Origin: Macrostomum lignano
Taxonomy: Eukaryota
Assembly (NCBI GenBank): GCA_002269645.1
Contig: NIVC01005212.1
Span: 1 to 21,048 of the forward strand
Length of the DNA stretch: 21,048 bases
Direction of reading: 5' to 3'
Part shown: one piece after another, positions 10,559 through 19,500 of the stretch
How positions within the stretch are numbered: the stretch's first letter is position 1
Layout: each line of letters starts with the position of its first letter
Translations under genes and position numbers: made by a program
The notes under the pieces: model-generated
Told to the model about the DNA's origin: nothing
Database searches by the model: none
The model's input: the letters and a program-made list of their open reading frames with translations, nothing else

Positions 10559-13500
10559 CGAGTTGTATGCTAACCCTTCATAGGTCAGTTTCCTTTTTAA
10601 ACCCGATTCCCATACGGTATAGACTAGGCTATCCCGTCCAGTTTGCACTCTAATAAAGTTTCTGACGGCCTCTCTATCTCTCTCTCCGTGTCTGTCTTTG
10701 AAGGTGCTAGATGCCGCAACAAGGCGGAACTTGCAATACCGCTCTCTCTCTCTCTTCCTCTGTGTACGTGGCATGTCTGTCTGCGTGCGTGTTTATCATA
10801 TAGCCTACCGTACCAGCCGTATCCTGTGCTATGTGTCTTTGCTGTGCACCAGCTGTTCCGTTTGTGTCTAGTGCAAACTGATCTGTTAAAACGGAGAGCT
10901 GAAAAAACAGCAGAACAAGTTTATATGTTTATTGTTTTTGTTTTATTACTTAGATGACTCGGAATCGCTTAGGAATCGCTCAGATAGCTTGGGCTAGAGG
11001 GGAATCGCTCAGATAGCCTGGGGCTAGAGGGGAATCGCTCAGATAGCCTGGGGCTAGAGGGGAATCGCTCAGATAGCCTGGGGCTAGAGGGGAATCGCTC
11101 AGGTAGCCTGGGGCTAGAGGGAATCGCTCAGATAGCCTGGGGCTAGAGGGGAATCGCTCAGATAGCCTGGGGCTAGAGGGGAATCGCTCAGATAGCCTGG
11201 GGCTAGAGGGGAATCGCTCAGATAGCCTGGGGCTAGAGGGGAATCGCTCAGATAGCCTGGGGCTAGAGGGGAATCGCTCAGATAGCCTGGGGCTAGAGGG
11301 GAATCGCTCAGATAGCCTGGGGCTAGAGGGGAATCGCTCAGATAGCCTGGGGCTAGAGGGGAATCGCTCAGATAGCCTGGGGCTAGAGGGGAATCGCTCA
11401 GATAGCCTGGGCTAGAGGGGAATCGCTCAGATAGCCTGGGGCTAGAGGGGAATCGCTCAGATAGCCTGGGGCTAGAGGGGAATCGCTCAGATAGTCTGGG
11501 CAGAGTGCGGCCCGCCCAGATATCAAACCCTCGCTGACATTTTCGCATAGACCTGTTCTGCCGACCTCGTCAGATTAAAGTATTAGGCCAAAGTCTTATC
11601 CTTTCGCATCGATGAGGCAACGCCCAGGTTTCGCTTCGCCTGGGTTAGCCTAATTTTTGTGCCTTACATATCTGCGTCTTCTAACAGATTTTGTGCTCGC
11701 TGATCAAGGTAACTACTGGGAGTTCCCATTTTTGTTTGAGCGCTTATACTAGTTCGCGCTTACACCAGTTCGCGCCTATGCCAGTGCACCCCTATGCCCG
11801 TCTTTCGATTTATAATCCAAGTCTAAAATGATTGATTTAATTATGTTACAATCTTCTTTTGCGCCTGTCACAGTCAATCATTTTCATCACTTCCACTACG
11901 TGTAAATACCGGTTATGGTTTCCATCCAATTGTATACCTGAGGCGCGGCTATGAAGCAGAAATAGGCGGTATTGAAGTTTTATTTATTATGGCAGGCTGG
12001 CTTAGTGGCTGCGTTTCTGATATTCAATCCTGCATAGTGTAGCCAATATCCTGGCAGTTTGCCAGTGTGTCTGATGTCTTTCTCTTTCGAAAATTAAAAA
12101 AATCCCAAAACCAGCTTGCGTTCTGCTCTTGGTTTTCATTTTTTATTCTGTTTGCGAAGCTGCTGCCTAATTTCTGTTTTTGATTTGCTAGCTGAGGCAA
12201 TAAAATAGGATAGGCAATATTGCTTTTTAACCGGGTAAGGAAGGTTTCATATATTGGCAGCAGTTGTTGCTGTTGTTGCTTTCGCCTGCTCCTGCTGCTG
12301 ACCCTGGCCTGACCTACGACGGGGGGTGGGGGTTAGGGTTGCTGGCTAGAGGGAGAGGTCACAAACATTTTCACTGTCCCTTCCCCTTCTGTATATGGAC
12401 GGCAGACAGACGAACAGGCAGCATTTGAGGGGCCGTGCTGCATGCTGGCTAAGTTTAGGGCGAAAGAGAAAGAGAGGCCTGGGAGTTTCGCCTACGTGCG
12501 CGAGGAATTAAGCGAATGACTGATGTTCATTTTTGGTACTACGCCTGTCCCGCCTCTGTTATGACTGTCTCTATTTAGTAAAATTCGATTTCTAATTTCT
12601 AAGAGACAATTTAATATTTGCTAAGAATTTAGCGAGAAATAAAATCCTCTAGTTTGGCGGCAGCTTATTTTAATTGATTAAAAGCCACTAAAAGTACGGA
12701 TAGATAACCAGAGTGCTCATTGTGAAGGGAGGCTGGCCTGGACAGGTGGGAACAGGAGAGGTCACTGTGGGGACCGGTAGGTACCAGGAAGGGTCACTAT
12801 GGGGACCGGTGGGTAACCGTAAAGATCACCGAGGCGACCGGTGGGTAACAAGAGAGGTCACTGAGGGGACCAGTGGGTAACAGTAAAAGTCACTGAGAGG
12901 ACCGGTGGGTAACAGCAGAGGTCACTGAGGGGACCGGTGGGTAACAAGAGAGGTTACTGAGGGGACCGGTGGGTAACAAGAGAGGTCACTGAGGGGACCG
13001 GTGGGTAACAGTAAAGGTCACCGAGGGGACAGGTGGGTAACAAGAGGTCACTGAGGACCAGTGGGTAACAGTAAAAGTCACTGAGAGGACCGGTGGGTAA
13101 CAGCAGAGGTCACTGAGGGGACCGGTGGGTAACAAGAGAGGTTACTGAGGGGACCGGTGGGTAACAAGAGAGGTCACTGAGGGGACCGGTGGGTAACAAG
13201 AGAGGTCACTGAGGGGACCGGTGGGTAACAGTAAAGGTCACCGAAGGGACAGGTGGGTAACAAGAGGTCACTGAGGACCAGTGGGTAACAGTAAAAGTCA
13301 CTGAGAGGACCGGTGGGTAACAGCAGAGGTCACTGAGGGGACCGGTGGGTAACAAGAGAGGTTACTGAGGGGACCGGTGGGTAACAAGAGAGGTCACTGA
13401 GGGGACCGGTGGGTAACAGTAAAGGTCACCGAGGAACAGGTGGGTAACAAGAGGTCACTGAGGGACCGGTGGGTAACAAGATAATTGCCTTGTGGACTAT

Positions 13501-16500
13501 TTGGTGACAAATGTAATTACGGACTAATGGCAGTAATAACAGTAATGTCACACTGTATGGACTAGTGAGTCACAGGAATGTCACACTGTATGGACTAGTG
13601 AGTCACAGGAATGTCACACTGTATGGACTAGTGAGTCACAGTAATGTCACACTGTATGGCTAGTGAGTAACAGTAATGTCGCACTGTATGGACTAGTGAG
13701 TAACAGTAATGTCACACTGTATGGACTAGTGAGTAACAGGAATGTCACACTGTATGGACTAGTGAATCACAGGAATGTCACACTGTATGGACTAGTGAGT
13801 CACAGTAATGTCACACTGTATGGACTAGTGAGTAACAGTAATGTCGCACTGTATGGACTAGTGAATCACAGGAATGTCGCACTGTATGGACTAGTGAATC
13901 ACAGGAATGTCACACTGTATGGACTAGTGAATCACAGGAATGTCATACTGTATGGACTAGTGAGTAACAGTAATGTCACACTGTATGGACTAGTGAGTAA
14001 CAGGAATGTCACACTGTATGGACTAGTGAGTAACAGTAATGTCGCACTGTATGGACTAGTGAGTAACAGGAATGTCACACTGTATGGACTAGTGAGTAAC
14101 AGTAATGTCACACTGTATGACTAGTGAATCACAGGAATGTCACACTGTATGGACTAGTGAGTAACAGTAATGTCACACTGTATGAACTAGTGAGTAACAG
14201 GAATGTCACACTGTATGAACTAGTGAGTAACAGTAATGTCACACTGTATGAACTAGTGAGTAACAGGAATGTCACACTGTATGAACTAGTGAGTAACAGT
14301 AATGTCGCACTGTATGGACTAGTGAGTAACAAAAAAGTTAATTGAAGGACTGGTAAAGAGGCAGATAGAATAGAAATGAGCAAGTGAGTCCAGTATTAGA
14401 GACTTGTATAAACCGCATACTAAAAATCGAATGCTGAAATCCAGCAGCCTCTCAAATTGCAGACGTAGCAGTCCAGAAATGAGGTGATAGGGGCGCAGGG
14501 CGGTGATATTCCACCCAAATATTTCTTCAAGTCTTAATTCAGAGCGGCTGGAGTGCAATAAATGGTCAGCGGCGGGCCTTCAGCTGCCTGGTGTCGCATT
14601 TCAGTCAGTGCACTTTAGCCAGGCCGTATTGCAGTTGTTTATTGCTCAAGTCGCATTTTTTAATACTTATTTTTATTTCAACAAAAACCTGCAGGCTCGA
14701 TGAATGGCGACAACGGCCAGCAGCAGCAATACAGCGGCTTCGGTGGCCACCCAGGCCGTCAGTCTCATCAATCGCCTCGGCTTAATTATGCATCCGCCAA
14801 TCATCAGCATCAGCAGCATCAGCATCAGCAGCATCAGCATCAGCAGCCGCAGCAGTTGCTTTCCCAGCAGCTGCATCATCATTCTTATCAGCAGCAGCAG
14901 CACCAGCACAATCCGCAGCCAATGCCGCAGCCATTGCAGCAGCAGCAGCAGCCAGCGCAGTCTCAGTGTCGCTCGGCGACAGAAAATGGAGTTGGCGACA
15001 GTTCGTCCTCCGTTGACGAGTTCCCAGAGTTCCCGCCTAGGCCTCGCCGGCAGCAGCAGAGGGGGGCTAAGCAGCTGACACCGTCAACAGCGGCCACCTC
15101 GCCTACGCCACCTTCAACAGCGTCGACCGCTGAATTCGGCGGCGCCGCTCAATCCGCGCCCGCTGCCGCGGCTGAGCCGCAGCCGGATCTCCGCAGCCTC
15201 ATGCAGCAGGCTGGCATCACAGAGGAGGCGCTGCGCCAGGCTCTCACCTGCGTCAAGCCGCCAAGCGTCTCCGAGATTGAGCTGAAAAGCGCCCTAATCC
15301 GCTTGTTCCCGCCGCCGCCCGACCGCCTGCCCGAGGCCTTCTATCCCTGTCTGAATTTCGAGCTCCACCTGTCCGACTCAGGCTCGGACGCGGCTTATAA
15401 TCGAGTATTCGACGGCCAAGCCGAAGAGATTAGCCTTCAAGATTTGAGACCGAATCGCGAGTATCACGTCAAAGCTTTGGCTAAGCTGGACTCGCTGCGC
15501 GGCAAGTTCACCCAGCCGAAAGCTTTCTGCACCCTGTGCCGGCCGCCGCCGCCCCGGCGGCTCCGCATCTGGCTAGCCGAACTAAAAATAGCCTGCTGGT
15601 GCGCTGGCCAGCTTCTGATGAGGACAATGGCGCCAAAGTGGTCGCCTACTTGCTGGAGTGCGCAACTAAAGCGTCAGACAGTGGTGAGCGTTCGCCTGCT
15701 TTTGGAAACTTTATTTAAGGCTTTAGGAGTTTCAGGGAGTTTGGGGAAGGTTCTTGGGGCCTGAGGGATTTTGGGCTAGACAGTTGGGGCTCGGGAAAGT
15801 TCCGCTAAGATCTTGAAGCTCGGGGAATTTCGGGGAAGATCTTGAAGCTCGGAGAATTTCGCGGAAGATCTTGAAGCTCGGGGAATTTCGGGGAAGATCT
15901 TGAAGCTCGGGGAATTTCGCGGAAGATCTTGAAGCTTGGGAAGTTTCGGGGAAGATCTTGAAGCTTGGGGAATTTCGTGTAAGATCTTGAAGCTTGGGGA
16001 ATTTCGGGGACGATCTTGAAGCTCGAGGAATTTCGGGGAAGATCTTGAAGCTCGAGGAATTTCGGGGAAGATCTTGAAGCTTGGGAATTTCGGGAAAGAT
16101 CTTGAAGCTCGGGAATTTCGGGGAAGATCTTGAAGCTCGGGAATTTCGGGGAAGATCTTGAATCTCAGGGAATTTCGGGAAGATATTGAATCTCAGGGAA
16201 TTTTGGGGAGGATCTTGAAGCTTGGGGAATTTCGTGTAAGATCTTGAAGCTTCGGGAATTTCGTGTAAGATCTTGAAGCTTCGGGAATTTCGTGTAAGAT
16301 CTTGAAGCTTCGGGAATTTCGTGTAAGATCTTGAAGCTTCGGGAATTTCGTGTAAGATCTTGAAGCTTCGGGAATTTCGTGTAAGATCTTGAAGCTTCGG
16401 GAATTTCGTGTAAGATCTTGAAGCTTCGGGAATTTCGTGTAAGATCTTGAAGCTTCGGGAATTTCGTGTAAGATCTTGAAGCTTCGGGAATTTCGTGTAA

Positions 16501-19500
16501 GATCTTGAAGCTTCGGAATTTCGTGTAAGATCTTGAAGCTACGGGATTTCGTGTAAGATCTTGAAGCTTGGGAATTTCGGGCTTATGGGGCTTGGACTTC
16601 AGACTGTGGCCGTGGGTAATTTCGACTTAGGGGAATTTCGGAATCTTAAAACCTGGAGAACTAAAGTAACGTCTTAGAAGTAAGTTTCATAGAACTCTTC
16701 TTTGAGAAGCAGCACTTGTTTGAGTAGTAGGAATAATTTCGGTAAAAAAATTCGCTACTGAGTTGCTGGAGCACCTGACCAGATATTTTCACAGTTGAGA
16801 GCAGAAAATCGAGAATGATTTTATCACCAGGAGCAGCGCTTTTGCCATAAAAAAGCAGCACAGACGATTACAGGCCGTTTTTTGTGTCTCCATTCATTTG
16901 GCAGCATAGACTGGGGTTTTTCTTTGAGTCTGTAGCGTGTGGGATTTTGTTTTGTTTGTTTCCTTCTTTGTACCACGGTATATGATAAGCGTGCGCGCGG
17001 TGCGAATGCGGATGGAATTTCGGGGCCGGACATACTCGGTCGGTTTTTTTATGGGGGGGTGGGAATTTCTGATTCGGTTTCATAATATGCGAATGAAAGA
17101 GATTCACTATGGTTCAGGTGCGACTGAACTTTTGAGGGTGCAGGTGGGTTGGATAAACAAGATATTTGGCGCCTTTCTCTGAGTTTGGCGTCTTCCTTTT
17201 TCCGAGTTTGGCGCCCTTTTCTCATTTTTGTGCCTTTCTTTGATTTTGGCGCCTTTCTCTGATTTTGTCGCCTTTCTTTGATCCTCTGTAAAGATTCTAG
17301 CTCACTATTTGCTACTAGCCTGCCGTAGCTACCCTGTTACAGATGTCGGCGCCTCCTGTTAGATATCGGCGCCCTCTGTTACAGATATCGGCGCCCTCTG
17401 ATACAGATATCGGCGCCCTCTGATACATATATCGACGCCCCTGTTAGAGATATCGGCGCCCTCTGTTACAGATATCGGCCCCTGTTATAGATATCGCGCC
17501 TCCCTGTTACAGATATCGGCGCCTCCCTGTTACAGATATCGGCGCCCCCTGTTATAGATATCGGCGCTCCCCTGTTACAGATATCGGCGCCTCCCTGTTA
17601 CAGATATCGGCGCCTCCCTGTTACAGATATCGGCGCCTCCCTGTTACAGATATCGGCGCCCCCTGTTAGAGATATCGGCGCCCCTGTTACAGATATCGGC
17701 GCCTCCCTGTTGCAGATATCGGCGCTCCCTGCTACAGATATAGACCCCCCTGTTACAGATATCGGCGCCTCCCTGTTACAGATATAGACCCCCAGTTACA
17801 GATATCGGCGCTCCCTGTTACAGATATCGGCGCTCCCTGTTACAGATGTCGGCGCCTCCTGTTAGATATCGGCGCCCCTGTTACAGATATCGGCGCCCCC
17901 TGTTAGAGACTTTAAGTCGACGCCTATTTTTATACGGTCAACCTCATCTTTAAGGATTTAATTGATATCGGCGCCCGCCTTGTAGAGATATCGCGCCCCC
18001 TGTTAGAAACTTTAAGTCGACGCCTATTTTTATACGGTCAACCTCATCTTTAAGGATTTAATTGCCTTGCGTTATGAACCATAACCTCTAATAATAGATG
18101 AAGATGCAATCAATCTGTTGCCGCCGCTTCTCATCGTTTCAGTCTCGGCGCCGGACTTCGCCGAGGTGTATCGCGGCGGCTCAGCGCCAATTTAAGCTAA
18201 CAAAAACTATCGCCTAATACCCTCTATAGCCTGCGCGTTGCCGCGGTTAATTCTAAAGGCGTTGGAGATTATTCAGCATTGTTGAATGGCAACCAGCCGG
18301 GCAGCGCCGCCGCAGCCAGATCCGCCCAGCTTGGCGCAGCGGGGCGTCCGCTCCCTTACTGTGGCCTGGCAGTCCGGCCAGCAGCCGCTGTCCGAGGACG
18401 AATTCGTACTGCAGATGAATGACGAGGACACCGGGCACGGCTTCATGACGGTGTACAGCGGGCCGGGAGCTCAGCCACCGGTGTCGCATCTGCGCAGGAA
18501 CACCGAGTACCGATTCCGGCTGCAGGCCATCAAACGATGACGGCGCATCCAAGTGGAGCGCCGAGGCGGCCTACGCCACCTGCCGGACAAGCCCAGGCGC
18601 CGCCGACCGGCCGACCCTGCGCGGACAGCCGCGGCCGAACTCGTTCCGACTGGCTTGGGAGGCGCCAAGCGACGATGGCGGAATGCCGCTGCTGGCTTAT
18701 CAGGTGCGTTGCTTTTCTATCTATCGAATACTAAGCGGCTTCTGTTTTAGCAATCTAGCGGCTTCTGTTTAGGCAAGCAGCTAGCGGCTTCTGTTTAGCA
18801 ATCTAGCGGCTTCTGTTTAGCAATCTAGCGGCTTCTGTTTATCGATCTAGCGGCTTCTGTTTAGCGATCTAGCGCTTCTGTTTAGCGATCTAGCGGCTTC
18901 TGTTTATCGATCTAGCGGCTTCTGTTTAGGCCGATCTAGCGGCTTCTGTTTATCGATCTAGCGGCTTCTGTTTAGCGATCTAGCGACATCTGTTTGTAGC
19001 GATCTAGCGGCTTCTGTCTAGGCGATCTAACGCGCTTCTGTTTAGCGATCTAGCGGCTTCTGTCTAGCGATCTAGCGGCTTCTGTCTAGCGATCTAGCGG
19101 CTTCTATTTAGTGATCTAGCTGATTAACAGATATGCTCGTATCGGCCCCTAGCCATAGATAAACTACGAGTAATTACCATAGACAATCTTGTGACCATAG
19201 ACAATCTAGTGACGCATAGACAATCTTGTGACCATAGACAATCTAGTGACCATAGACAATCTTGTGACCATAGACAATCTTGTGACCATAGACAATCTAG
19301 TGACCATAGACAATCTTGTGACCATAGACAATCTAGTTACCATAGACAATCTTGTGACCATAGACAATCTAGTGACCATCGACAATCTAGTGACCATAGA
19401 CAATCTAGTGACTATAGACAATCTAGTGACCATCGACAATCTAGTGAACATAGACAATCCAGTCTACGTCTATCGAAGATTTAAACCAGCGATAAAATCT

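Noticed and set aside
9664-10957. ORFs with LS or ER dipeptide runs
   Set aside because: Produced by (CT)n tracts and CT-rich sequence; no recognisable domain.
11114-11548. 144-aa minus-strand ORF (LSDSPLAPGY)n
   Set aside because: Translation of the 30-bp minisatellite.
11530-11575. Hammerhead ribozyme core (CTGACGA...GAAA) on the minus strand
   Set aside because: Stem II pairs only at the first position and stems I and III cannot be formed.
12330-12345. Telomere-like GGGTTAGGGTT
   Set aside because: A single TTAGGG, expected by chance.
14538-14560. Alu-like GGCTGGAGTGCA and a nearby AATAAA
   Set aside because: Only 12 nt match with no further Alu similarity, and an isolated intronic AATAAA is not evidence of a polyadenylation site.
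15540-15560. Programmed -1 ribosomal frameshift in exon 3
   Set aside because: No X XXY YYZ slippery heptamer, and it is one of many homopolymer indels in both directions along the gene.
5844-19460. CRISPR-like arrays (palindromic units of about 30 bp)
   Set aside because: Units are directly tandem with no unique spacers, there are no cas genes, and the context is a spliced eukaryotic gene.
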